DNA of 64,000 bases from Bacteroidota bacterium (GCA_016868535.1 VGGQ01000002.1:8203-72202); one strand, 5' to 3'. Counted from the stretch's first letter, positions 18,084-27,932 are shown. Notes: generated by a model from the sequence alone, not told the origin. Made by a program: numbers and translations.

Positions 18084-19543
18084 GTGAAGAAAGCAACAAT
18101 AGCCGGTGCAGGCATTGCGGGCTAACAGCGGCCATCAGGCTTGCTAAGGCCGGTTTTGAGGTACATGTTTTTGAGCAAAAATCCGAGGCTGGGGGGAAAA
18201 TTACCGAGATTTCCGGAAAAGGATATCGTTTTGATGCAGGACCATCCCTTTTTACCATGCCGCACTACGTGCAAGGATTACTAGATGCTGACACCCCATT
18301 TGAATTTCAAAATCTTGACACAATCTGCAATTATTTCTTTTCGGATGGCACATTCTTCCCTTCTCCGGCCAACGAAGTATTGTTTGTACAAAAAGCAGCG
18401 TCAACATTTGGGGAAGATCCGGAAGCTATAAAAAACCACCTGAATTACAGCAAATATCTTTACAAAATTACCGCACCCGTTTTTCTTGAGAAAAGTTTAC
18501 ACCGGATAAGCACTTACACCCACAAATACGGCTTGCGGGGCATAATGAATCTACCATTCATCGGTATTCATAAAAGCATGCACAAAGCCAATGCCAGACG
18601 TTTCAAAAGCAGCAATTTAATACAGTTATTTGACCGCTATGCAACGTATAACGGATCCAATCCATGGAAAGCCCCGTCAACTCTAAATGTAATTCCACAT
18701 CTGGAAATGGGAATCGGAGCATTTATCCCCAAAGGAGGCATGATTTCCATCGCCAGGGTTTTGTTTCAACAGGCAATAAAACAGGGGGTTGTGTTTCATT
18801 TTAACCAAAAAATAACTGCGATTCGCGTTGATAATAAACGAATTACTGGTCTTATGATAAATGATAAAATGTTTCATACAGACATTTTATTATCCAATCT
18901 TGACGTGCGATTAACCTATAATCTCCTTAACCTTCCCTTACCCAATAAAATCAACAAATCCGAACCCAGCAGCTCTGCACTTATTTTTTATTGGGGAATC
19001 AAAGCAGGATTTCCAAAACTGGATCTGCACAACATTTTCTTCAGCGGAAATTACAGAAAAGAATTTCAAGATATTTTTGAAAGAGGCGCCATTTGCGATG
19101 ATCCGACTGTATACATCAATATCAGCAGTAAATATGAGCCTGGTGACGCGCCAAAAGACTGTGAAAACTGGTTTGTGATGATAAACACCCCGGCAAATTC
19201 CGGACAGGACTGGGATGAGTTACGAAAAAAAGCCAGGGAACTTATTGTAAAGAAAATAAACACCACACTGAATTGCGATATAGAATCACTCATAGAATTT
19301 GAAGATTTTCTGGACCCTGTCGGAATTGAGGCCAATACAGGAAGCACTTTTGGCTCTATTTACGGGAGCAGCAGCAATAACCTGATGTCGGCATTTTTAA
19401 GGCAAGCCAATTTTTCCGGTAAAATCAAAGGCTTATTTTTTTGTGGCGGAAGCGTACATCCAGGCGGTGGCATACCATTGTGCATTTTCGGTGGTAATAT
19501 TGCGAGCGACATCATTATAGAAAAGCACAATGCAAAGCGCTGA
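18084..19543 (+). pseudogene. CrtI-family carotenoid desaturase (CrtD-like), N-terminal FAD fold split by a 1-nt frameshift
   Basis: GTG 18084 gives VKKATIAGAGIAG and then TAA at 18123. One base out of frame, GLTAAIRLAKAGFEVHVFEQKSEAGGKITEISGKGYRFDAGPSLFTMPHYV continues into the listed 428-aa ORF. The C-terminal FFCGGSVHPGGGIPLC motif fits the phytoene desaturase family. The CrtD subtype is tentative. Confidence 0.7.
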
Positions 19544-20159
19544 AAAACGGATAGTAGCAATTGCCGCAATAGTATATGCTGTGGGCATAACAGGCTTGTT
19601 TATCGCTTCAACCCGCTCTCAAATAATGGGATTAACACCCGTAAACCTTGCACTGTCGCTGTTGGTGCCGCTGATTTTCCAGAAGAAATGGAGTGCAGGT
19701 TTGTTTATTGGTCTGCTGTGTGTGGGCGTATGCGGATTCTTCATTGAATATGCAGGTGTGCATACCGGTTTGATTTTTGGCAAGTACCACTATGGCAATA
19801 CACTGGGGCCGGGATGGCAAGGAATTCCGTATATGATTGGGGTCAACTGGGCTATGCTGGTTTTCTTTTCAGTTTCTGCTCTCTCAGGCAGGATTGGAAA
19901 TGCATGGGGTCTTGCGTTGGCAGGCGCCGCCATCATGACCTTTTATGATTATATCATGGAACCCGTTGCCGTTCGGATGGGTTTGTGGTATTGGGATAAA
20001 CGAATTATACCTATGCAAAACTACGTTGCCTGGTTTGTGTGTTCCTTTGTTTTAATTCGTTTGTATTTATGGCTTGCCAAACCCGAGCAAAATCCGGTTG
20101 CCGCTTCGCTTCTGGTTATACAGACCGCTTTTTTTGCTGCTCTACGCTTATTTTTCTGA
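19530..20159 (+). CDS. cruF: membrane carotenoid biosynthesis protein (DUF422/CruF-like carotenoid 1,2-hydratase family)
   Basis: 209 aa and polytopic. HTGLIFGKYHYGNTLGP...IGVNWAML...FYDYIMEPVAVRMGLWYW resembles the Caroten_synth/CruF family. 14-nt overlap with the crtD-like stop. Confidence 0.6.
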   Translation: MQSAEKRIVAIAAIVYAVGITGLFIASTRSQIMGLTPVNLALSLLVPLIFQKKWSAGLFIGLLCVGVCGFFIEYAGVHTGLIFGKYHYGNTLGPGWQGIPYMIGVNWAMLVFFSVSALSGRIGNAWGLALAGAAIMTFYDYIMEPVAVRMGLWYWDKRIIPMQNYVAWFVCSFVLIRLYLWLAKPEQNPVAASLLVIQTAFFAALRLFF

Positions 20160-21064
20160 TTTCAGGGCAATTCGCCTTGGGAAGCGCGATTTTACATAAA
20201 CATACACGACTATTAAAAACAAAGAGCAGATGAACAGAACAGATATTTGTGTACTTAGCTTCGGACAGGTGCGGAACAGGCTTATTACAATGAGATTAAT
20301 GACAGCCTGAAGCGTAAAATACCAAAAACTAACTTTCAGGTGAGACCACTTCCCCTGATGCACTAATTTTTTAAGCAGAAAACGCGGTGTGGCAAGAATA
20401 TATTTTCACCCAGCAAGAGCTTGTAGCAAACTGTAAGGGCCGCATCTGCCCACATCACCCATAAAAGCAATGGCAGATCGGCGAATATTGAAAAAACCGA
20501 ATATTGCCAGGGGAATAATAACGCTCAGAATAAAGTTGGAATCGGTAAATGCGATGGAATGCCCCTGCAAATCCACAATATTTTCATTCAGATAATACAA
20601 ACCACCAAATACCAGCAGCGCATGCAGCGTGAGCATGCCGTTAGCACCATCCATAAAATTGTAGGCATTGAGAACCCCAATTCCAAAAATAAGGGATACC
20701 TAATAAATGGGTATATCTCCCGTATCAAAGCTACTGGAGGGTATTTGCGACATCAGCAGCATGCACATAGTAATTGCCTGCACAACGAGCCGTAATGAAT
20801 GTTTTGGGAAAAAATATCGTCCATAAAACTTACTGCCGTTATGATGAAAAAACCTGTTACAAAGTATTTCGGCAATGTGTCGGGACGCCAGAAAAGGTAG
20901 GCTATAAGGGCGAGGGCAACTATGAGGCCCATACCTGTTACAGTGGGCTTCCAATGGGAACTTCTGCCACTGGGGTGGTCATGCAGACCATACATTTTGG
21001 TGATCCGTAAAAACAAAAATGCACCGCATAAAGAAAACAGCCCTACAGTAATTAAAATATTCAA
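20148..21064 (-). pseudogene. MraY/WecA-family (GT4) polyprenyl-phosphate sugar-1-phosphate transferase, disrupted by one frameshift and two in-frame stops
   Basis: Four listed ORFs are pieces of one gene. The first piece carries ...HPSGRSSHWKPT...SFMDDIF. The frame changes in the T/C/A homopolymer patch at 20802-20815 to PKHSLRLVVQAITM.... A TAG at 20700-20702 and a TGA at 20406-20408 then interrupt one continuous frame that carries NFMDGANG and FMGDVG. Confidence 0.8.
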
Positions 21065-21169
21065 ACAGTTAGCTTATTGAGACAGATGTGTGAAGATAGG
21101 TTGTAACTTGTTAGGATTGGTTGAAACGTATTAACATGATGTTTATATATGAAAATATTCGACTTATTC

Positions 21170-23059
21170 TCAAATGTACAACCTGTCAATTGCGTTGGCA
21201 AATTTTTCCATAACCACCTTGCGTTTTACCTTTAATGTAATCGTCATATCGCCGTCTTCGATGGAGAATGGAGTTCGCTTGATTAAGAAGTCTTTTACCC
21301 TTTCAAACTTGGCCAGGTTTTCATTGTACTTCTTCACATCCTCCATGAGCCAGTTGCGGAGTTGATCGTTTTCAACAAATATATTCTTATCTTCAAATAT
21401 CCGTGCATCTATTCCTTTTTCTATGGCCTCGTCTTTGGCGGGAACAATTATGGCAGTAACAAATTCCTGTTTGTCTCCAATAATGAATATCTGTTCAATT
21501 CTTGGGCTTTTCAAAAAGTTGTTTTCCAGCTGTGTTGGGTAAATGTTTTTGCCCAGTGAGGTTACCAGCATGTTTTTTAGGCGATCCGTAATTTTAAGAT
21601 ACCCTTTTTCAAATCGTCCAATATCGCCTGTATGAAACCATCCTTCTTCATCAAAAACCTTGTCCGTTTCTGCTTTATTGTTCCAGTACCCTTTCATAAT
21701 ATTGGGGCCTTTGGCCAGGATTTCTCCTTCCTCGGAAACAAAATCAGGCTTGAAGGTATGATAGGTTTGCAGCGTGTAAATTTCTTTGGTATCAGGGTTT
21801 TGAATGGCAACCTGCTGTCTTGGCGCAACACGTCCTACGGTTCCGTAAACCTGCCGGTTGTATTCATTCACCGTAATAAACGGCGATGTTTCCGTGAGGC
21901 CGAATCCTTCCTGCACCTGAATTCCAAGATTGGCAAAAAACTCTCCTACATGCGGCGGCAATGCACCTCCGCCTGAAACAAACAGCTTCAGCCTGCCACC
22001 CATTTTTTCTTTAATTTTAGTAAAGACCAGTCTATTGGCCAGTGCGTATTGCGCAGACAGCACCAAACCTTTGGATTTTCCCGCATCCCTGCAATGACGG
22101 GCTTTTTCCCCCACGCCGAGTGCCCAGAGGAATACTTTAGCTTTCATGCCTCCGGCTTCGGTGCCGCTTTTCATTACGCGATCATGAACCCGCTCCAAAA
22201 GTCTTGGAACAGCAGCCATAAGTGTTGGCCTTACTTCCGCTATATTTTGCGCAACCTTGTCTATATTTTCGGCAAATGCCACCGATGAACCTAGGTAGGT
22301 GGTCAGGTAATAGGCCATTCGTTCGAAAACGTGGCTTAGCGGGAGGAAGCTTAAAAATTTGTCGTCTTCGGTAATATCCGGTACCAGATCATTGGCGTCA
22401 TAACAGTTGCTGAGAAAGTTGTAATGCGTGAGCATGGCTCCTTTGGGAACACCGGTGGTACCCGAAGTGTAGATAAGTGTGGCAATATCTTGATGACCCA
22501 CTTCCTTGAACCGTGCTTCAATTTGTTCGCTCCAGGCCGCGTGAAGACTTCTTCCCTGCTCTAGTAATTGTTTATAGGTTTCAAGATTATCTCCCGTTTC
22601 CACATCCTCCGGTAAGCTCACAACCACTTCCACATTTGGGCATTTATCCTCTACCTTCTTAAACTTTTTAAGCAGAAAAGGGTTCCCGACAAACAAAATA
22701 CGCGCACCTGAATCATTGAGAATGAATGCGGTTTCTTCTGCTGTAAGTGTCGGATAAATACTAACATTGATGATACCCAGCTTTTGCAGCGACTGGTCAA
22801 TACAATAAAATTCAGGACTGTTTTCTAGAATCAGTGCTACTCGATCGCCTTTTTGCAGCCCGCGGCTTATGAGCCAGCCTGTAAGGCAATCAATATATGC
22901 CAGCAAATCCCCGTAGGTATAATCTACCCATTTCCCTGATTCCTTACGGGAAAGATAAACTGTATCGGGTTTATGAATGCGATGCGCCGAATTGAGAAAA
23001 AACTGGTGCAGTGACTTAAAGTCAGGATCTTTAAATTCTTTGAGAAAGGTATTGGACAT
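21170..23059 (-). CDS. fadD: long-chain fatty acid--CoA ligase (AMP-binding family)
   Basis: 629 aa with the AMP-binding motif LIYTSGTTGVPKGAMLTH, plus GWFHTGDIG and a C-terminal KVKRK. Confidence 0.85.
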   Translation of the reverse strand: MSNTFLKEFKDPDFKSLHQFFLNSAHRIHKPDTVYLSRKESGKWVDYTYGDLLAYIDCLTGWLISRGLQKGDRVALILENSPEFYCIDQSLQKLGIINVSIYPTLTAEETAFILNDSGARILFVGNPFLLKKFKKVEDKCPNVEVVVSLPEDVETGDNLETYKQLLEQGRSLHAAWSEQIEARFKEVGHQDIATLIYTSGTTGVPKGAMLTHYNFLSNCYDANDLVPDITEDDKFLSFLPLSHVFERMAYYLTTYLGSSVAFAENIDKVAQNIAEVRPTLMAAVPRLLERVHDRVMKSGTEAGGMKAKVFLWALGVGEKARHCRDAGKSKGLVLSAQYALANRLVFTKIKEKMGGRLKLFVSGGGALPPHVGEFFANLGIQVQEGFGLTETSPFITVNEYNRQVYGTVGRVAPRQQVAIQNPDTKEIYTLQTYHTFKPDFVSEEGEILAKGPNIMKGYWNNKAETDKVFDEEGWFHTGDIGRFEKGYLKITDRLKNMLVTSLGKNIYPTQLENNFLKSPRIEQIFIIGDKQEFVTAIIVPAKDEAIEKGIDARIFEDKNIFVENDQLRNWLMEDVKKYNENLAKFERVKDFLIKRTPFSIEDGDMTITLKVKRKVVMEKFANAIDRLYI

Positions 23060-23127
23060 AAGAAAAATTTAATAACAAATAAAGGGAAATGCTGTCAAAT
23101 TTTTATTGCATGCTTAGGAAAAAAACC

Positions 23128-23697
23128 TCAGCCGGCTTCTGCCTCTACCGATTGAACCTCAGGCACCATGCGCTTGAGAAGGTTTTCAATACCCGCTTTC
23201 AGTGTCATGGTTGAGGAAGGACAGCCCGAGCAGCTGCCTTTCATTTGAACGGTTACAATTCCGTTCTGGTAGCTCTTAAAATCGATGGCACCACCATCCA
23301 TTTCAACAGCGGGACGCACGTGGTCTTCTAGCAACTGACGGATTTTGCGTTCCACTGCACTTTCCTCCTCGGCCGACATTCGCTTTTTATGCAAAATTAT
23401 GGATTTACCATCCTGAATCCATTCCTGAAAAAATACCCTCAGGTCGGGGATAAGATCAAACCATTCGTATTCGTTGTTTTTGGTAATTGACACGAAGTTA
23501 TTCATGATGAAAACACCTTTCACAAAGGGCATTTCGAATAAGGCTTTGGCAAGCTCTGAATCCGCAGCAGATTCGGCTGTTCTGAAATCCGCACTGTCAT
23601 TCGGCAAAAGCATTTTGCTCGAAACAAATTTCATACTTTCAGGGTTGGGCGTAGCTTCGGCGTAGATGGTAACAAGATTATCGGATATTGGTTCCAT
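23128..23697 (-). CDS. NifU/Nfu-type Fe-S cluster assembly protein (Nfu_N plus NifU C-terminal domain)
   Basis: The likely start is ATG 23697 (MEPISDNLVTIYAEATPNPESMKF). It carries the CSGCPSS motif. Confidence 0.8.
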   Translation of the reverse strand: MEPISDNLVTIYAEATPNPESMKFVSSKMLLPNDSADFRTAESAADSELAKALFEMPFVKGVFIMNNFVSITKNNEYEWFDLIPDLRVFFQEWIQDGKSIILHKKRMSAEEESAVERKIRQLLEDHVRPAVEMDGGAIDFKSYQNGIVTVQMKGSCSGCPSSTMTLKAGIENLLKRMVPEVQSVEAEAG

Positions 23698-23814
23698 AAA
23701 GTAGTACAAAATTAAGCAATAAACAGCCAACTGACACAATAATATAATATGTCTTTATAAAAAACGTGCAAAAGTTGGTAACAATAAAACCTCACCTTGT
23801 GGGTACTTTGCAAC

Positions 23815-25173
23815 ATGGCCAAAAGTAAAATAGTTTTTTTCTGCGGAGAGTGTGGTACCGAAAGTGCCAAATGGGCTGGCAAATGCAGTGCCTGTGGCGC
23901 CTGGAACTCACTTAAGGAAGAGGTTGTATCGGTAAAAAGCAGTCTTTCCGGCTGGAAGAAAATATCACCGGCCGAGAAATCAGTGCCCCAGAATGTGAGG
24001 CAGATTACTTCGGAAAAAACCGAACGAATTGCAATGCCCGATGAAGAAATGAATCTGGTACTGGGCGGCGGGCTCGTTCCCGGGAGTCTTGTGCTGCTCG
24101 GCGGTGAGCCCGGGATAGGGAAAAGTACGCTTTTGCTGCAGATTGCACTTAAGCTTAATCTGCCTGTAGTCTATGTTTCCGGCGAAGAAAGTGCCGAACA
24201 GGTGAAACTGCGTGCCGACCGGATTGGGATTGACAATGAAAAATGCATGGTTTTTACTGAAACGCGGCTGGAAGCGGTGTTGCAAACTATGCAGATTATC
24301 AAACCAGAAATTGTCATTATTGATTCCATACAAACTCTCTACAGCGATTTGCTGGAAGCCACACCCGGCAGTGTTTCACAGATTAGGGAATGTGCGGGAC
24401 AATTACTGCGGTTTGCCAAGGAAAATCAGGTTTCTGTTTTTCTTATTGGCCACATTACCAAAGATGGCAGCATTGCAGGCCCCAAAATACTGGAACACAT
24501 GGTAGATACCGTTTTGCAGTTTGAAGGTGACAGAAACTACCACTTCCGCTTGCTTCGATCCCTCAAAAACCGATTTGGCAGCACCTATGAAATGGGAATT
24601 TACGAAATGAGCGGAAGCGGCTTATCTATGGTTAAAAACCCTTCACAGGTTTTTCTGGTGGAGCGCGATGAGGATATTTCCGGCGTAGCTATTGCAGTTG
24701 CTATGGAAGGAGTAAGACCTATACTGTTGGAAACACAGGCACTGGTGAGCACGGCCGTTTACGGCACACCGCAGCGCTCCTGCACCGGTTTTGATTTGCG
24801 CAGGCTGAACATGCTGCTAGCGGTGCTTGAAAAAAGATGCGGTTTTCGACTTGGTGCCCAGGATGTTTTTATCAACCTGGCCGGTGGTATCCGCATTGAA
24901 GATCCTGCATTGGACCTTGCGGCTGTATCCGCTATCATGAGCAGTTATCAGGGAATTTGTATTCCCTCCAAAACTGTATTTTCAGGTGAAATCGGGCTAA
25001 GCGGCGAAATACGGGCCATTCAGCGTGTGGAACAGCGTATTGCCGAGGCAGAAAAACTGGGATTTGAAGAGATTATCATTTCCAAGTACTGCAAAATCCC
25101 ACAGCACCAAGGAAAAATAAAAATCAGGCAGTTCGGCCGGGTGGATGAAATGTTCACCTGGTTGTTTGGATAA
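23815..25173 (+). CDS. radA: DNA repair protein RadA/Sms
   Basis: The likely start is ATG 23815 (MAKSKIVFFCGECGTESAKWAGKCSACGAWNS zinc finger). It has a Walker A motif (GGEPGIGKST), KNRFG and a Lon-like C-terminal domain. Confidence 0.92.
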   Translation: MAKSKIVFFCGECGTESAKWAGKCSACGAWNSLKEEVVSVKSSLSGWKKISPAEKSVPQNVRQITSEKTERIAMPDEEMNLVLGGGLVPGSLVLLGGEPGIGKSTLLLQIALKLNLPVVYVSGEESAEQVKLRADRIGIDNEKCMVFTETRLEAVLQTMQIIKPEIVIIDSIQTLYSDLLEATPGSVSQIRECAGQLLRFAKENQVSVFLIGHITKDGSIAGPKILEHMVDTVLQFEGDRNYHFRLLRSLKNRFGSTYEMGIYEMSGSGLSMVKNPSQVFLVERDEDISGVAIAVAMEGVRPILLETQALVSTAVYGTPQRSCTGFDLRRLNMLLAVLEKRCGFRLGAQDVFINLAGGIRIEDPALDLAAVSAIMSSYQGICIPSKTVFSGEIGLSGEIRAIQRVEQRIAEAEKLGFEEIIISKYCKIPQHQGKIKIRQFGRVDEMFTWLFG

Positions 25174-25179
25174 ACTGAA

Positions 25180-26025
25180 TTAAGACGCTGTGCTCATCAT
25201 CCGCTCTTTCACATAGCTTTTGGCCAGCAGCATCAGCTTCTGGCTGTTGGGTATGCGTATGCGGCTTCCAACGATTTCTTCCGCTGAGCTTCGCTGAATT
25301 TTTTCAAGCAGTTTCATATAATAAATATACACCGTGTAGACACCCAGTCGGCAGCCTACAGGCAGCCTTTTTATGCCTTCTAGCGCATGGGCAAAATCTT
25401 TTTTTACATCGGCGATAATCAGGTTCTTGTCTTTTTCGCTGAATGTATTGAAATCCACACCCGGGAAATAGACGCGGTCTCTTTCATCCACATCACTTTT
25501 CAGGTCGCGCAGAAAATTAACTTTCTGGAAAGCTGCTCCCAGAGAGCGGGCATGGGGCAACAGGGCACAATATCTGTTCTGGTCGTTGTTACAAAAAACC
25601 TTAAGGCACATAAGTCCTACCACCTCTGCACTTCCGTAGATATAGGTTTCGTATCCATTGTCGTCGTATGTGTTTTTGTCAAGATCCCACGCCATGGAAA
25701 TGAAGAATGGCTCAATCAAATCTTTACCAATGCCGAATTTGTGCACTGCCAATTGAAATGAGTGCAGCACCGGATTTGTGCTAATACCAGACTCAATGGC
25801 AGCGTAAGTTTGCTCTTTAAACTCCTGAAGCAGTTTCCTTTTGTCGTGGTTGTGAAACGTGTCCACAATCTCATCGGCCACGCGTACAAAACCATATATG
25901 GCGTATACTGCCCAACGGTATTCACGCCCCAGCAAACGAATGCCCAGCGAAAAACTGGTGCTGTAATTCAGAGCTACGCGCTTGCTTATGTCGGAGGATG
26001 TTTTGTCAAACAACTGGATGCTCAT
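25180..26025 (-). CDS. crtB: phytoene synthase
   Basis: 281 aa, squalene/phytoene synthase family (YAIYGFVRVADEIVD, YIYGSAEVVG...). Last gene of the crtZ-crtI-crtB run. Confidence 0.85.
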   Translation of the reverse strand: MSIQLFDKTSSDISKRVALNYSTSFSLGIRLLGREYRWAVYAIYGFVRVADEIVDTFHNHDKRKLLQEFKEQTYAAIESGISTNPVLHSFQLAVHKFGIGKDLIEPFFISMAWDLDKNTYDDNGYETYIYGSAEVVGLMCLKVFCNNDQNRYCALLPHARSLGAAFQKVNFLRDLKSDVDERDRVYFPGVDFNTFSEKDKNLIIADVKKDFAHALEGIKRLPVGCRLGVYTVYIYYMKLLEKIQRSSAEEIVGSRIRIPNSQKLMLLAKSYVKERMMSTAS

Positions 26026-27487
26026 GGGTGATTTTTTCTGTTATTAGTTTAGAACCTATTACCACGATAGGAAGTCCCGTTCCCGGATGGGTACTGGCTC
26101 CCACGTAGTAAACATTATTTAACTTCTCGTCTTTGTTTGCCGGTCGGAAAGCACCTATCTGGTTCATTCCGTGTGCCAGCCCCAGTCCGCTGCCGCGGTA
26201 CAATGAGAACATTTTTTCCCATTCCAAAGGCGTGTATATAGTGCGGCTGATGGTATTTGCCTTTATATCGTAACCAACTCTTTTTCCAAGATTCTGGATG
26301 ATATCATCGGCTAGTTTATCGGCATCATTCCAATCATGTTTTACGCGGCGGTCGGGCACAGGACAGAGGATAAACAAATTCTCACAACCCTCGGGAGCGC
26401 ACTCCGGATTGCTTTTGCTGGCCACATTCACGTAGTAATAAGGTTTATCTGGAGCAACAGTGCTTCTGAAAATCGTTTTGGCATACTGCCTGAAATTGTT
26501 GCCGAGGAAATAGTTGTGGTGGGCAATCCCATCTATTTTGCCCTTCACACCCAAGTATATGGTGAAAGGTGCTAGGGTCCAGTCCATATTGTCGAGTTTC
26601 TTTTCAGTGAAACCGCGCCTGTTTAAGAACTTGCCCCTGAAAGAGGCTGCATCGGCATTGATAACAAACAAATCGGCATTCCATACTTTTCCGTTCTGAT
26701 CGGTTACCGACAGCATTTTTCCGGCATCTTCCTGCACAGAAACAACGCGGGTATTGCAATGGATTTTTACTCCTTTCTTTTCCAGCATGGCTGCAATGCC
26801 TTCGGCGATTTTATACATCCCGCCTTTTACATTCCAGTAGCCATCATGCTTCAGCTCTGTGTAATTCAGCAAATTATAAACCGATGGCGTATTGAATGGG
26901 GTTGCACCCAAAAAGAAAGCCACCAGCGAGAAAATTATTTTCACATCCTCGCTCTCAAAATGACGCCCGAGCTCTGCCCAGAAGCTTCTGAACATTTTGG
27001 GAAGATGCTTTTTAGGAACAGTCGCCATGCTAAGCAGAAAGGGAAGCATTCCGTTAAAATTTTTCTTTACAATACGGTACTCAGTATCGTGGAAAACTTC
27101 TCCTGCCCTCTTCAGGTATTTTTCGGCTTTGCGCTCAAAATCAGGTTCGATGGCACTAAACTCCAGAGCCAGCCTTTCTAAATCTTTGAATATGCGGTAA
27201 ACCTTCTCCCTACCCTCGATATTAACGGTATAAAGCGGGTTCAGCTCATTCAGTTCAAAAGGCATGGGTTCGCCGATGCTGTCGAAAAGCTCGCGAAACT
27301 CATAACTCATGCTGAAAAAAGACGGGCCTATGTCAAACGTAAAACCATCTTTTTGCAAAATATTGAGTCTGCCGCCCGGACGCTCATGTTGTTCGAGCAT
27401 TTCTACCTTATAACCGGCATAAGCCAGACGCAAAGCTGCACTTAGCCCACCAAGTCCAGCTCCGGCTATTACTACTTTCTCAGCCAC
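26006..27487 (-). CDS. crtI: phytoene desaturase
   Basis: GTG start and an intact VVIAGAGLGGLSAALRLAYAGYKVEMLEQ Rossmann fold. C-terminal YYVGASTHPGTGLPIV. 493 aa. Confidence 0.88.
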   Translation of the reverse strand: MAEKVVIAGAGLGGLSAALRLAYAGYKVEMLEQHERPGGRLNILQKDGFTFDIGPSFFSMSYEFRELFDSIGEPMPFELNELNPLYTVNIEGREKVYRIFKDLERLALEFSAIEPDFERKAEKYLKRAGEVFHDTEYRIVKKNFNGMLPFLLSMATVPKKHLPKMFRSFWAELGRHFESEDVKIIFSLVAFFLGATPFNTPSVYNLLNYTELKHDGYWNVKGGMYKIAEGIAAMLEKKGVKIHCNTRVVSVQEDAGKMLSVTDQNGKVWNADLFVINADAASFRGKFLNRRGFTEKKLDNMDWTLAPFTIYLGVKGKIDGIAHHNYFLGNNFRQYAKTIFRSTVAPDKPYYYVNVASKSNPECAPEGCENLFILCPVPDRRVKHDWNDADKLADDIIQNLGKRVGYDIKANTISRTIYTPLEWEKMFSLYRGSGLGLAHGMNQIGAFRPANKDEKLNNVYYVGASTHPGTGLPIVVIGSKLITEKITHEHPVV

Positions 27488-27932
27488 GAAACCTCCTTAC
27501 ATATTTGGGCAGCACAAACAAAAATCCAAAAGCCTCAGCTCCTTGTTTGGTATGAACAGCATGGTGCAAATAGTGGGTCATGCGCATGGCCCTAAAATAG
27601 GGAATCCGGGTGCGGGTGAACCATTTTACACGCTGATGAACAAACACATCGTGCACGAGAAAATATGCAAGGCCATAAAGCGCTATACCTATGCCCGCCG
27701 AAAACCGCCAATCCATGTCAGCGCTGCCGAATACAATCAGCAGGCAAGAAGGTACTGCAAAAACAAATCCATACAAATCATTTAACTCTAATTTCCCTTT
27801 GCGGGGCCCGTGGTGACTCTGGTGCCAGACCCAACCAAATCCATGCATGACGTATTTGTGGGTGAACCAGGCTACTGCTTCCATTAAAACGAAGAAACCT
27901 AAAGTAACAATCACGTGAGATAGAAAACTCAT
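27480..27932 (-). CDS. crtZ: beta-carotene 3-hydroxylase (fatty acid hydroxylase superfamily)
   Basis: The likely start is ATG 27932 (MSFLSHVIVTLGFFVLMEAVAWFTHKYVMH). It has the histidine boxes HQSHH, HDVFVHQR and HYLHHAVH. Confidence 0.82.
   Translation of the reverse strand: MSFLSHVIVTLGFFVLMEAVAWFTHKYVMHGFGWVWHQSHHGPRKGKLELNDLYGFVFAVPSCLLIVFGSADMDWRFSAGIGIALYGLAYFLVHDVFVHQRVKWFTRTRIPYFRAMRMTHYLHHAVHTKQGAEAFGFLFVLPKYVRRFRG

Noticed and set aside
18037-18258. 73-aa minus-strand ORF upstream of the crtD-like ORF
   Set aside because: It is antisense to the region that encodes the displaced Rossmann-fold N-terminus of the crtD-like gene.
5885-21064. In-frame TAA, TAG and TGA codons as a sign of stop-codon reassignment or programmed readthrough
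   Set aside because: All three stop codons are used as genuine terminators by the roughly 60 intact genes in the window. The interrupted genes also show other damage (a frameshift, a missing ATG). Ordinary pseudogenisation is the simpler explanation.
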